In this document: piece after piece, positions 1 through 12,022 of the stretch | How positions within the stretch are numbered: the stretch's first letter is position 1 | Layout of the letters: each line of letters opens with the position of its first letter | Origin: an uncultured Candidatus Rokubacteria bacterium | Lineage (GTDB): Bacteria; Methylomirabilota; Methylomirabilia; Rokubacteriales; CSP1-6 | DNA: 64,000 nt | Assembly (NCBI GenBank): GCA_963747235.1 | Contig: CAVVEU010000029.1 | Location: 32,001-96,000 of the forward strand | Direction of reading: 5' to 3' | Position numbers and translations under genes: made by a program | Notes under the pieces: generated by a model | Database searches by the model: none | What the model was told of the DNA's origin: nothing | Seen by the model: the letters and a program-made list of their open reading frames with translations, nothing else

Positions 1-1
1 C

Positions 2-130
2 TGTCCTCTTGCGCCGATGATGACGCTGACGCTGTCGTGTGATCACCGCGCGGTCGATGGGGCGCGGGCGGCGCAGTTCCTCGGGGCGCTGGCTGATTTG
101 GTGGAGGAGCCGCTAGCGCTGCTTGCGTGA
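2..130 (+). CDS. 3' end of 2-oxo-acid dehydrogenase E2 (dihydrolipoamide acyltransferase), partial
   Basis: Frame 2 reads PMMTLTLSCDHRAVDGARAAQFLGALADLVEEPLALLA*, containing the E2 catalytic DHRxxDG motif. Confidence 0.85.
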   Translation, partial: CPLAPMMTLTLSCDHRAVDGARAAQFLGALADLVEEPLALLA

Positions 131-250
131 AGTTCTTGGATGCGCATTCCTTGCCGCGCCCGCCGAGGAGCATCACGGCGTACCGTCGGATACAGTGTAC
201 GTTGCTGCGAACGAGGACGCGAAAGCGCCCGCACGTCGTGAGGAGATGAC

Positions 251-1330
251 ATGACAAACGGTGAACGACAGACCAAGGGGCGCGGACGGCTGTTCGACAG
301 CGTGGTGGAGACGGTCGGCGACACGCCGTGCATCCGCATCAACAACCTCGCCCCGAAGAACGCGACCATCTACGTGAAGGCCGAGTTCTTCAACCCGGCC
401 GGCTCCGTCAAGGATCGGCTTGCGCTCAGCATCATCGAGACCGCCGAGCGCAATGGAACGCTGAAGCCGGGACAGACCGTCGTCGAGGCCACGAGCGGCA
501 ACACCGGGATCGGGCTTGCGATGGTCTGCGCCGCCAAAGGGTATCCGCTTGTCGTCACGATGGCCGACAGCTTCTCGATCGAGCGGCGCAAGCTCATGCG
601 CTTCCTCGGCGCCAAGGTGATCCTCACCCCGCGTGCGCTCAAGGGCTTCGGGATGGTGCAGAAGGCGAAGGAGCTCTCGGAGAAGAACGGATGGTTCCTC
701 GCGCATCAGTTCGAGACCGAAGCGAACGCCGCCATTCACGCCTCGACGACCGCGCGCGAGATCCTCGCTGACTTCGAGGGCAAGCGACTCGACTACTTCG
801 TCACGGGCTATGGCACCGGCGGCACGCTCACGGGAGTCGGGCGTGTCCTGCGCAAGGAGCGCCCGGGCGTGAAGATCGTGGTCAGCGAGCCCGCGAACGC
901 CGCGCTGCTGAGCAGCGGCAAGCCGCAGAAGCGCAACGATGCGCACGAGCCTGCGGAAGGCCATTCCGCTTTCGAGCCGCATCCCATCCAGGGATGGACG
1001 CCGGACTTCATTCCGTGGGTGCTGCAGGAGGCGGTCGACAAGAAGTACATCGACGAGCTCATCACGATCCCCGGGCCTGTCGCGATCGAGTGGTCGCGCA
1101 AGCTCGCGCAGCGCGAAGGCATCTTCACCGGGATCTCGGGCGGCGCGACGTTCGCCATCGCGATGCAGGTGGCCGAGAAGGCGCCCGCGGGTTCCGTGCT
1201 GCTCGCTATGCTGCCGGATACGGGTGAGCGGTATCTGTCGACGCCGTTGTTCGAAGGGATCGTCGAAGGGATGGACGACGCCGAGATCGCGGTCATGAAG
1301 TCGACGCCCAATTTCCAGATGCCGAGCTGA
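251..1330 (+). CDS. cysK: Cysteine synthase A (PLP-dependent)
   Basis: KAEFFNPAGSVKDR PLP-lysine motif, EATSGNTG, GTGGT, PDTGERYLST; AGGAG RBS. Confidence 0.93.
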   Translation: MTNGERQTKGRGRLFDSVVETVGDTPCIRINNLAPKNATIYVKAEFFNPAGSVKDRLALSIIETAERNGTLKPGQTVVEATSGNTGIGLAMVCAAKGYPLVVTMADSFSIERRKLMRFLGAKVILTPRALKGFGMVQKAKELSEKNGWFLAHQFETEANAAIHASTTAREILADFEGKRLDYFVTGYGTGGTLTGVGRVLRKERPGVKIVVSEPANAALLSSGKPQKRNDAHEPAEGHSAFEPHPIQGWTPDFIPWVLQEAVDKKYIDELITIPGPVAIEWSRKLAQREGIFTGISGGATFAIAMQVAEKAPAGSVLLAMLPDTGERYLSTPLFEGIVEGMDDAEIAVMKSTPNFQMPS

Positions 1331-1447
1331 CCTCGATCTCACTATCCATGCGCTCTCGGCTGCCGACTTAACGAAACCATAGTCGCCTGACAGGCTCACT
1401 GGGACACCGCTAACGAGTGTCGGTTCCAGTTTGGTTGGCGACCTGAT

Positions 1448-1488
1448 CGCTAACCCTTCGTTGAACCAGCGACCTTTGGGTTATGAGC
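1448..1488 (-). repeat. Displaced tRNA-fMet fragment (att-like scar, outer island end)
   Basis: 1461-1488 is identical over 28 bp to 17921-17948 (T-arm to anticodon loop) and is preceded by cgctaaccc(t/c)tcg as at 17883-17895. Confidence 0.8.
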
Positions 1489-1859
1489 ACAAACAGCTAG
1501 ACGATCCCCGTATACCCTCCAGGATCCCCCAACCTGGTCTGCCTGACGGGGAATCGACTACCCGTTCTAGAGGATTCTCAATCGGGCCCCGGCGTACCGC
1601 TTCTCCGTTTTGGGCGCGCGGGAGCAAAACGGGAGCAGTCGCCGTTGCTGCGGGAGGGCGTGGGAGCAAAAAACGGGCTAACCAGGCGGGAAATTACGGA
1701 AACCTCGACGAATTGGGTGAGTTTGCAGACCTTCTGGGGTTGGTGGCGAGCCAGCGCGCGCTCTGGCGCGAGCTCAGCCAGGCGATCAAGGCTTCAGCAG
1801 ACGCGCCAAACCTCGCGTCCCGGTGATCGCAATCATCGCTCATCGGGTCGGTCGGAGGG

Positions 1860-4800
1860 CTACTTGCCGAGGGCTCCGCCGCCGTCGCCGACGAGTATGA
1901 ACGGCGCCCAGAAGAGCGGGTGCGCATAGCTGAACACCGCGCGCTTGCTGCGCTCGTCCTCGTAGACTCCACGGTCGATGAGCGCGTTCAGCGTCTCCTG
2001 GAGGGCCTGCGCCCGCGTGAGGGACTGGTTCTCGTGCTGACGCCGGAACAAGTCCGTGGTGAGCGCCAGCGCCGATCGCGTCTCGACCGGCCAGCTCGTC
2101 ACCAGCAGCGCCCGCGCGCCCGCGTAGAAGAACGCTCGCCCCAGACCCGAGATCGCCTCCGAGCCCGCGCCCCTGGCGCCGGCGGTGTTGCACGCCGAGA
2201 GCACAACCCAGTCGGCGTTCAAGCGGAGCCCCAGGATCTCCTCCATCGTGAGCAGTCCATCGCCGTCCACACCAGCCACGTCCGGCGCAGACAGGGCGAG
2301 CGCCGGCTGCGTGAGCCCGTCGAGATCGCCGGAGACCAGCCCGTGGGTGGCGAAGGCAACCACGCGGTAGCCGGCGAGGTTCACGCTCTTTACCACCTTC
2401 TCGTTGGCTTGGGCCCCGAGGAATACTTCCTTGGTCACGTCGGCGTTCATTGCCAGTGCCAACGACCGGATCTCATCGGCAGTCTCCGGCAACCGGGGCA
2501 GCATCGCCAGCTGGCTGGAATCGATCCCCTCGGTCACCGGGGAGCTTCGCAGTACGATGGGCAACCCTCGGGTCTGGAGTCCCTCGGCACTGGCCATCTG
2601 CCGCGAGGCCTCTTCACGGGCGGCGCGGGCAGCGTGCCGCGGGCTGAACCACGGGTCCCCGAAGCCGATGAAGGGCCGCCGGCTGGGATCAGGCGCAGGC
2701 ATCGATCGCAGCGTCGCCAGCGAGGCCACCGACGGCAGCACCGTCACCGCGTGCGTCCGGACCAGCCAGGGCACCCCCCGATAGTTGGCAAAGAGCAGGT
2801 TCTGCTCCGGCCCGATCGGCGGCGGCTTCGTCGGCAACAGGGCGAACGGCACCTGGCCGAGTACGCCATGTGCAACGACCAGGAGGCTCTGAGCGTCCTT
2901 CCAGCCGGCGGTCACGGGCCCCAGGGCCGCCTGGTAAAGCTGGTGAGCGGTCACGACGTCGAATTCAGGGATGTCGCCGAGTGCCTTGGCTCCGGGGTCG
3001 AGTGCCATTCGGACCTTGTGCACCATCTCGGCCAGCGCTGGCTCGCCGAGCGACGTCGCCCCGAAAGCCACCGGGCCCGAAATCCCGAAGGCCCAGCTGA
3101 AGACACGGTCGTGGGTGACGAATGTCGCAACCAATGCCTCGCCTGGTCGCAACGCCTTCCGGACGGCGTCCACCGTCGCCGGCTTGGGGTTGATCAGCTC
3201 GGCGTAGGCGGGGAACTCACGCTCGAGCTGCCCGAGGAGGGCCTGGCGCGCCTGCCGCAAGAGATCGATCTGCCGGCGGAGGGTGGCGATCACCTTCTGG
3301 TCTTGCTGGTCGTTCGGTGCGCTCAGCACGTTGGCCAGCGCTCCGGCCATCGCACCGAGTTGCTTCTTGGCGTCTTGCTCGCGCCGGACGAGGTCGGCCA
3401 GCGCCGGCGTTCGAGCAGAGGCCCGCGCCGCGCCGGCATCGAGCGCCCGCTGGACTGACTGGCCCCGCGCGACGTCGGCCAGGCGGAAGGCCTCGGCGGC
3501 GACATCGAAGCCCGCTTGGCCCTCGAGCGGCGTCCCCTTGATGTCGGCCAGGAGACCGATGGAGCCGGCGAGGATCATGGTCAGCTGCTGGTCGCGGGCC
3601 GGCCGGCTTGCGGACTCGTCGTCCGTCTCCTGGGTCCGCGTCAACAGAATCGGCGTCGCGTCCTTGAGGTCCCGAAGGGCCCCCGCGCGGTCACCGGCCT
3701 GGGCGAGCGCGATAGCTCGCAAACCGAGGACCTCCGCTGTCATGGGGTCCTTGCCGCCGTAGACGCGGCGGCTCCGCTCGAGTGCCTGATCCAGCACCGG
3801 GATCGCCTCGCCCGGCCGCCCGGTCCTCATGAGCGCCACTGCCCACCCTGAGTTGCCGAGGAGGTGCTTCTCGTAGCCAGCTGGGTCGGCCCGCATGGCC
3901 CGATGGACGGTCCCGTACTCCTGGAGGGCTTCACCCCAGCGCCCCTGCCCCACGAGGGCCTGGGCGAGGTCGGTTCTCGCCACGGCCATGAACAAGGACT
4001 CCTCGCTCGCCTCGCTCTTCTGATAGATATCGAGCGTTACGCGAATCAGGATCTCGGCCTCTGCGAAGCGTCCCTGCTCCGCGATGGTCTGGGCCAGCCT
4101 GCGGACAAGGATCGCAGTGTGAGTGGAGTACCGGCCCCGCCTCCCAAGGGCACTGAGGAGGCCGGTGCGTGCTTCTTTCTCGGCCTCGAGAAGACGACCC
4201 TGTCGTAGCAGCACGGCCGTTACACGGGCGTACGCCAAATCGATCTGGGTGGCCTTGGACGCCTCACTATCGGCGAGCAGCACGTCGATGGACTCCCGCC
4301 ACAAGGCCTCCGCTTTGGCCAGGTGGCCGTTCGCCTCGGCGATCGAGGCGCGAGCCGCCAGCATGTTGCTCTGGTGGAAGGCCCTCGCGGTGGCCCGGAT
4401 GTTTCGCCACCCACGCGACTCCGCTTCCAGCACCTCGAGTCGCCTCAGCACCGCGTTGGCCGCGTCGAGGTCACCCGCCTGCGCATAAAGCCGGACCTGG
4501 AACGCGTACAGATTGAACAGAAGGGCGGGCCGATCCGGCCCGACGGCGGCGATCGCTTGACTGATATAGCTCACCGCCCGACTGACACTTCCCCCCATTG
4601 CCTCGGCGGTTGCCGCGCGGGCGAGGATCTCGTCGTACGCCAGCGGCGTCGAGCCGCCCCGACCGGCCCATTGCAGGCCCTGACGCCAGTCCTCCAGTTC
4701 CTGCTTCTGGCGGCCGACTCACGGTTGGCCAGCGCCCGCTCGACATAGAAGGTGGCGAGGACGCTCGGGTTCGCCGTCTCTGGCGGTTGCTGGTCGACCT

Positions 4801-5033
4801 TGACCCGCGCCGCCTCCACCACCTTCGGGTCGAAGCGCTTCTGCTGGTCTAGAAGCACGGTCGAGATCGTCGATGGTTCGAGGCGGCGGCACGAAGGAGC
4901 TGCCGCTGAAGGAGGCCGTGACCTTCTTGGCTTCCTCGATCGACATCGTCTGGCAGCCGACGAAGACCGGCACCGTCAGGAGCACGACACAGAGCGAACC
5001 GACGAGGCTGTTCATGGCAATCGCCCTACTCAT
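1860..5033 (-). CDS. TPR + CHAT (caspase-like) domain lipoprotein, frameshifted in the 5' part
   Basis: FATHG and VVLSACNT catalytic dyad, HPLFWAPF end, TPR-like helices; N-terminus with lipobox VFVGC is spread over ORFs 4719-5033 and 4571-4858. Confidence 0.85.
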
Positions 5034-5066
5034 CTACCGGCGGACTCCCAAGCCATCACGATTCTC

Positions 5067-6158
5067 TCAACGAGTCACTAGCACCTTCTTCACCCAGCCA
5101 CTTCCCTTGCTCGTCTCGACGCTCAAGAAGCCGTCTTGCTCCTTGCCCATGGCGATGAGTTCCTCTCCCTTGCCGAGGGTGGCTAGCGCGTCACTCGCCT
5201 CGGACGGCTTGGCGAAAAGCCTGACGTTGCCGATCTTCGGCCGCACCACGTCGCCCTCGTTGAACACGTCGCCACCCTTGGTCCGTTTGCCGGCCTCCTC
5301 GGCCAGTGAGCCGACGCCGCGCTGCAGTGCCGGATCGGCGCGCACAGCCCGGACGATCCCGTTGTAGTTGTCGGCGAAGCTGGCCGCGATGACCTTGCCT
5401 TCGTTCGTGTTCGAGTAGCCGCCGCCGGCGCCGCCGCCGAGCAGCCCGCCAAGACGGAAGTCGGCTTTCTTGGCGCTCCCCTTGGCCGAAGCCACTTGAA
5501 CGGTGGAGCGCGCGTCGGCCAAGAGCATACTGGTCTCCGCCTCCTTGAACTTGAGACCCCCGGCGAGGCCGCCGACAACGCGTCCGCCTGCCCCGAACAG
5601 GCCGCCGATCGTGCCGAGGGCACCGCCTACACCGCCGGCGTCATCTTCGTGGAACACGACTGCAGGCGTCATGATGTAGTCGGCCGTCGCGATCTGGCCC
5701 CCGCCCATGTTGGAGTCCTGCCTCAACTCGCCCGACTTCCCAAGCGCGCGCTCCTGCATCACATTTTGCATGCCGGAGCCGCGCTCAACGACGATGAAGC
5801 AGTTGGACTGCTGCAGCATCAGCCGGATGAGACCAGTCGGAGGTCCGAGGTTGTAGCGGGACAAGGATGCGACGGCGTCCTGGGACTCGACCACCGCTAC
5901 GGTGGCCATCGGTTTCTCGCAGCGCTCGAGGTCGGATGCGGCGCCCTGGGCGCCGCCGGTGCCTGCCGCCCCCTTGACGACGCTGCCGCCCTCGCCCTTC
6001 TTCATGTCGAGGACGCCCTGGGCGCGTGCGTCTACTGCCACGCCGATGGTGACTGCCAGGATGCATGCCGACAACGCACTCCGTGAGATCCCCATACGAC
6101 TATTCCCCCTTGCGGCCCAACTAGCACGCGCGGCCAAGCGAAGCCGCCGAACTAGCAC
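5067..6158 (-). CDS. CsgG/HfaB-family exported protein with C-terminal SH3-like domain
   Basis: Signal peptide, LQQSNCFIVVERG, TADYIMTP, glycine-rich segment, C-terminal ...GSGWVKKVLV; true start probably near 6095. Confidence 0.75.
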   Translation of the reverse strand: MLVRRLRLAARASWAARGNSRMGISRSALSACILAVTIGVAVDARAQGVLDMKKGEGGSVVKGAAGTGGAQGAASDLERCEKPMATVAVVESQDAVASLSRYNLGPPTGLIRLMLQQSNCFIVVERGSGMQNVMQERALGKSGELRQDSNMGGGQIATADYIMTPAVVFHEDDAGGVGGALGTIGGLFGAGGRVVGGLAGGLKFKEAETSMLLADARSTVQVASAKGSAKKADFRLGGLLGGGAGGGYSNTNEGKVIAASFADNYNGIVRAVRADPALQRGVGSLAEEAGKRTKGGDVFNEGDVVRPKIGNVRLFAKPSEASDALATLGKGEELIAMGKEQDGFLSVETSKGSGWVKKVLVTR

Positions 6159-6716
6159 GTCGCCGGTCTAACCCTGCGACCTCTTCGGCTCGTCGGGTTA
6201 TCGCTCTGCCGCCTCGGACGATCCCGCGATCGTTCGGTCAATGGGTCTATCGCTGATGTCCCACAGACAAAGTTGGACTCACCACACCATCGTGAGGCAC
6301 AGTCGGATTTCCTCGGTATGGGACCTAGGGCCAATGTCTGTGGTCAGCCAGTCGCGGGCACAGCGGGACCAGCTTCTTCGAAACCACTGGATCCGCCAAG
6401 TTCTCCGTTGGCGGTTGATTTGCAATGTTCGGTGCGTGTGCCCAGCCCCTCCCAAGGCGTCGCGCAGCAGACGGACCGTGTCGCTCCTATGCCAAGCGAC
6501 ACTCGGATATCACGACCCCGTCAGAGAATTCAGAAGGCAACTTCAGACGTCGACAGGCCGCTGGTACAACCCGGCGTACATTCGCCTCGTGAATGACGCC
6601 AGGGCCGTGGCGGTTCCAGAGAACGCTGGCACTACCTGTGAGGTTCGGGTGCCTGTGTTGCATCAGCCAGCGTCTGGCGAAGCAGGCTCTGTCGCGATCG
6701 TCGGTGTGGGTAACGC

Positions 6717-6793
6717 CTGGGTAAACGAAAAGGGGTTAGCGGCTTCAATGTCCGCTAACCCCCCGTCTTCAATGGTTGCGGGGGCTGGATTTG
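6717..6793 (-). repeat. Direct repeat of tRNA-fMet 3' end plus downstream hairpin (att-like, inner island end)
   Basis: Near-identical to 17848-17923; 6769-6793 matches 17899-17923 exactly (25 bp) and the ggggttagcgg...ccgctaacccc hairpin is shared. Confidence 0.85.
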
Positions 6794-7009
6794 CAGAATG
6801 CTACACGGCTCCTGAAGCGTTCTGGGTCGATCTCCGGCAGCGGGCGGTTGGTGGCCCGGCAACCGAAAGCCCTCCGTGAGGGAGACAATGCCTCTGAGCG
6901 GTCTGGCAACCGCCTGATGGAATGGGCCACGGGCTCTCCGCCGTGCCGTCTGCCTATTCCCGCCCGGGTCTGTTAGACTCGCGCCCACCACTCGGGAGAT
7001 GACACGCTG

Positions 7010-7995
7010 ATGGATCGTCGGAGCTTCGTCGCCACCCTGGCAGGCGGCCTCCTCGCCGCGCCGCTCGCCGCGGAGGCGCAGCAGGCGGGGAAGGTCTACC
7101 GGATCGGTTTCCTCGGGAACTCCACCGCCGCCCTCGAGGCCAATCTCGTCGGGCCGTTCCGCGAGGGCTTGCGGGACCTCGGCTACGTCGAGGGTCGAAC
7201 CTCGTCATCGAGTATCGGTGGGCCGAGGGAAAGTACGAGCGCTTTCCCCGCTCGTGGCTCGAGCTCGTCGCCCTCAAGGTGGATGTGATCGTCACCGCCG
7301 GAACGCCCGCCGCCCTAGCCGTCAAGCAGGCGACGACGACGGTCCCCATCGTCATGGCGGCCGTGGGCGATCCCGTCGGCACCGGCCTCGTCGCGAGCCT
7401 CGCCCGGCCCGGCGGGAACCTCACGGGACTGGCGTCGATCTCGCCGGACCTGGAGGGGAAGCGGTTGGAGCTGCTCAGGGAGCTCGTCCCGAAGCTCTCC
7501 CGCGTGGCCTTCCTCGTGAATCCCGCCAATGCACTCCACACGGTCTCGGAGAAGCACGCGCGCGAGGCGGCCACCGTGCTGCGCCTGAAGCTGCAGTTTG
7601 TGGGCGTGCAGTCGGAGGTGGAGTTCGATCACGCATTCGAGACCATCGCCAGAGAGCGGCCGGGCGCCATGGTGGTGCTTGCAGACCGCGCTCTTCCTGC
7701 ACCACCGGAGCGCATCGTTGACTTTGCCGCGCGGCACCGTCTGCCGACGGTCTATCCGTACAGCGGAGCTGGCAGAGGCTGGGGGCCTGATGTGCCTTTG
7801 GCCCGAGCTATCCCGACATGCACCGGCGCGCCGCCGCCTACGTGGACAAGATCCTGAAGGGCGCCAAGCCCGCTGACCTCCCCGTCCAGCAGCCCACCAA
7901 GTTCGAGCTCGTCATCAACCTCAAGACCGCCAAGGCCCTCGGCCTGACGATCCCGTCGACGCTGCTCGCAGCGGGCGGATCAGGTGATCGAGTAA
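7010..7995 (+). CDS. ABC transporter substrate-binding protein (ABC_sub_bind type), frameshifted
   Basis: MDRRSF twin-arginine-like leader, [32 protein letters not shown] across three frames. Confidence 0.85.
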
Positions 7996-8100
7996 TGGAT
8001 CGGCGCATCTTCCTCGGCACGTTGGCGAGCGGCCTCCTTGCCGCGCCTCTCGGCGCGGAGGCGCAGCCGGCGGCCAAAGTTTACCCGATCGGTTCCTCGG
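7995..8100 (+). pseudogene. 5' stub of an SBP gene (signal peptide only)
   Basis: [33 protein letters not shown], after which similarity to the paralogs stops abruptly. Confidence 0.75.
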
Positions 8101-8620
8101 AAACTCGATGGTTGCGGGGGTCCGCAACCACCTGCAGGCAAACCACCGATCGATCGCATTCCGCTTCGAGATTCAAGCTTCAGACTACACTCTCGAAAGT
8201 GCTCGCAGCGACCGCGCCTATATGCCTGTGCCGTAAAATCCGTCGGCTCGCCAAACACATCCCCGAATCTCCGAAAACAACTCTGCAGCAAATCATTCAG
8301 CGCATCGCGGTCTCCCTCCTCGAAGGCGCTTGTGAGCAGTCGAAAACATTCGACATAATCGTCTGCCATTCGCCGCCCACTCGGTAAGCCTCTGGCACCT
8401 CATTCGGCCCCTTCCTCATGGCGCGCCAAGCATCGATCAAGCGACCGAGAAGCTCTGCTGGGATAGGTTCCTTCAGGCGATGTTCTTGCAGCCCCTTTTC
8501 CACTTGCACCATCGTGCCATACTGATCCTCCATGTACTTGTTGACAAAGTAACCTGACACGGCCGTTTCCGGTCTTTTACGGCGAAGGAGGCGCCTCAGA
8601 TGCCCCCTAATGGGCCGCAT
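8100..8620 (-). pseudogene. Truncated, frameshifted gene, possibly the N-terminus of a putative sugar O-methyltransferase
   Basis: ORFs 8297-8620 and 7980-8369 join as ...RLIDAWRAMRK...[10 protein letters not shown] / [22 protein letters not shown]; family guess is from memory only. Confidence 0.35.
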
Positions 8621-8757
8621 GCTGAATATTTGGCACCTCGGCCAGAATCGGGGCGTGGCATAGAGGCGCCCGCGGCGTCAGAACCGAGGCTCGTGCCCAC
8701 GACGGCCACCTCGGCACCTCCTACGGCGCGGTGCACTGACGATCTCCGGAGGCCCCA

Positions 8758-10949
8758 ATGAACCGGTGCATGTTCAGGACGATGACTCTGTGGTGCCTTC
8801 TCGCCGCACGACGTTGGTTGGACTTCCGCATACAGATCACGGTACCGCAAACGCTCGGTCTCACGTTGCTGCTCGTTGCTGCCTTTGTGCTGCGATCTGA
8901 GACGCTCTTTACCTTCACAGAGGCAGCACCGTTCTTCGTCCTTGCCTTTCTCTCCATCGTGCCTTTGGGCGGCGCGATCGTACAAGTCTTGTTGCCGGAC
9001 GTTCAGGGTCGAGCCGAGCGGGCCGCCCTTATCGCGATAACCGGCTATGCGAGCTCGGTAACATTCGGCTTTCTGCTCGGCGCCATCGGAATACAGTGGG
9101 TGTACTTCCCCCTGTGTCTGGGCGCGCTCCTTCTGTGGCTGACCCAGATCTATCTGCGGGCGCCCGCCGAAGGCGGACCGCTCCGACGGATCACCTCCCT
9201 AACCCCGTTTGGCAGTGTCTGGAGTTCCCAGGGGCCATGGCTCGTCGGGATCATCGCTCTTCTGAGCGTCCTGGTGACCATGCCGTTGTTAGCACCGCGT
9301 GTCCGCGTGACGAACGATCTCATGCATGACTACTCCTTCATCGACCAGCACTATCACCTGACACACGCGGTGATGTTCATATACGGGGCGCCCATGCGGA
9401 TATGGCCCGCTTTGGCGGGAACGCAGCCCCTCGTGTATCCGGATTTCCACAATTTTTGGATGGGACAACTTGCGGCATGGAGTCATGCAGATATCGACAG
9501 CATCTTTTACGTCTATGCGCCAATCGCCATGATCGCTTTGAACACGCTTCTGCTCTACGCGTTTGGCAAGAGTGTGACCGGCTCCCCGTGGGGAGGGTGT
9601 ATCGGCGCCGGTCTGGGGTACCTTCTCTTTGTGCCCAATCCGTATGAGCCGAACATTTTCTTGAGCGATGTCGAGGGCCCGCCCTGGATACTCGCGCGAA
9701 CCCACTTTCTCGAACTGGCCTCCGGCGCTGTCTATGGAGTTGGATGGCAGCTGCTGACGGGCGTGGCACTATGCGTGTCGTTTATCGTTTCCAAACAGAC
9801 GTTTCGAACCCAGGTCGGTGCGCTTACCGTGGCGGCCATCCTTCTGACCTCGTTGGTGCGTATTCGACCGCACTACTTCGTTGCCACAGCGCCGCCATTT
9901 TTCATCCTGATTGCCTGGCTGCTCCACAAGCGGCTGGACGTACGGCTTCTGTTGCCGGTGGGAGTATTCGCCCTATTGTTCGGCGCAGTCTTCCTGGAGA
10001 GCACGAGCCGACACTACAATACGTCAACTCTCGATCTGGGGCTCGCATACGGGCCGGAAGGCGACCTCCTCATCAAGTACTACCTACCCCAGACGTTTGT
10101 CAGATGGGTAGTACGTTTGCCTGTGTTCATCGTGCCGATTGCCGCGATCTGTCTCTACATTCTGATTCGCCTCAGTGGGACCGCCATCGTGCTCATCCTT
10201 GCCTATGGCCTCTGTCAGGTATTGCGGAAAACATGGCGGCCTGGTCCGGTAGACCACTATCTGTGGGCTGTTCTGGTCTTCACCATTGCGGCATCGGCTG
10301 TAATCGTAAAGCCAGACTTTGTGGATGTAGGCGGAAACTGGGGAACTCAAGCACTGTTCATCGTACCGCGCATCGTGCTTCTACTTGCAGTGGTGCCGCT
10401 GTATGAACTTCTGCGCCGGCTCTACCGAACCTCTCCGTGGCTACAAGTCCACTCACGTCACTTCGCGTTGGCCAGTCTGCTCTTGTTCTCGGTCGTTGCC
10501 TACCGGGGCGCAAGTGCCACGCTTCACCAACAGGCCAGTCGAGCCTACCCCTCAAGTGCACACGAACTCAGCGTCTACAACTGGATCAGGGCGAACACAT
10601 CTGTTGATACGGTCGTCGCGGCGAATCCGGCGCATGTGGTCAATCCCCGAGGGGAAACGATTCGCGACACACATTTTCTCGGGGCGATGACCCATCGTCC
10701 GGTTTATTTGGAAAAGAGGAGTACCCCAATTCCTTGCACGCCGCGGAGGTGTCTAAGCGTCGAGACACGCTCCAGCAACTCTTCGCAGCAACCACCCCCG
10801 CTCTGGTTCGTCAGGTGGTAAGCAGGAGCAATATTGACCTGATCCTCATCTATCCCGACACACCTACGATGGTCGACCTTTCCTGTTGTATGAAGTTGGT
10901 CTATGGCGACACTCTGAAAGTCTACGAAGTGTTGCACACGGATCGATGA
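8758..10949 (+). CDS. Polytopic membrane protein, GT-C-like glycosyltransferase architecture; frameshift near 10720
   Basis: More than 12 hydrophobic segments, D-containing first loop (DQHYH), soluble C-terminal YNWIRANT domain; less GC-biased than the core genes. Confidence 0.6.
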
Positions 10950-10970
10950 CGTTCGACCGCGGCCATCGTC

Positions 10971-12022
10971 TGGACCTGCTCCCCGAACACTCCGCCACGG
11001 GGGTGGTGACGATTCGGCTTAGGATCCCCGCGGGGAGGCCCCGCGATGCGTCGGAAACGGTTCACGGAAGAGCAGATCATCGGGATCCTGAAGCGTCTGG
11101 TCGCGGATCTCACGCGGGATAGACGGAGTTGGTCAGAAAAAAGGCCTGACGCCCGCGGCGCAGCGGATCGCGGTGCGGGCGATGCAGGCGAGCTCCGGGT
11201 GGAGTGAGCGCCGGGCGTGCGGCCTGGGGAGCACGGACCGCTCCACGTGCCGGTACCAGGCGCGGCGCGTGGACTGGCCGGCGCTGCGCGAGCGGCTGCG
11301 CGGACTGGCCGCCAAGCGCCGTCGCTTTGGCTATCGCCGGCTCTATGTCCTCCTCCGGCGAGAGGGGTATCGCGTGAATCTCTAGCGGGTCTACGCCTGT
11401 ATCGCGAGGAGGGGTTCGCGGTGCGGCGCCGCCGTCGCCAGCGCCGCGTCGCCCGCGGGACGCCGCCGGCCGTGCCGACTCGGATCAACGCGCGCTGGTC
11501 GCTGGACTTCTTGCTCGACACTCTGGAGGGTGGCCGCCGCGTGCGGCTCCTGGCCGTGGTCGATGACTTCACGCGGAACTGCTTGGCGCTCGAAGTGGAC
11601 ACGTCGATCGGCGGGCGCCGGGTCGTCAAGGTGCTCCAGCGGCTCGTCGAGACGCGCGGGACACCGGCGGTGCTCATCACGGACAATGGGCCCGAGTTCG
11701 CCGGCCGAACGCTCGATGCGTGAGCCTACGCGCAGGGGATCCGGCTGCACTTCATCGAGCCCGGCAAGCCAAACCAGAATGCCTACATTAAGAGCTTCAA
11801 CGGCCGGTTCCGTGACGAGTGCTCAACGAGCACTGATTCCTCAGCCTGGCTCAGACGCGCCAGATCGTCGAGGCCTGGCGCCTGGACTACAATGCGGTCC
11901 GGCCGCATAGCTCCCTGGGGCAGATTCCCCCTCGGGAGTTCGTGGCCGCGTGGCAGTTAACCCGGGCCGCACGAGGCGCAATCCTCAACCTCGAAACGGT
12001 CTAGTTTTCGGGGGCAGGTCCA
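10971..12022 (+). mobile_element. IS3-family insertion sequence, degenerate
   Basis: Terminal IRs tggacctgctccccgaa / ttcgggggcaggtcca with TG..CA ends; OrfA stub MRRKRFTEEQIIGILK; OrfB motifs RWSLDF, TDNGPEF, PGKPNQN; internal stops. Confidence 0.92.

Noticed and set aside
6241-6879. 212-aa ORF containing MVAGAGF as a possible integrase
   Set aside because: That peptide is the antisense translation of the tRNA 3' repeat; no recombinase catalytic motifs are present.
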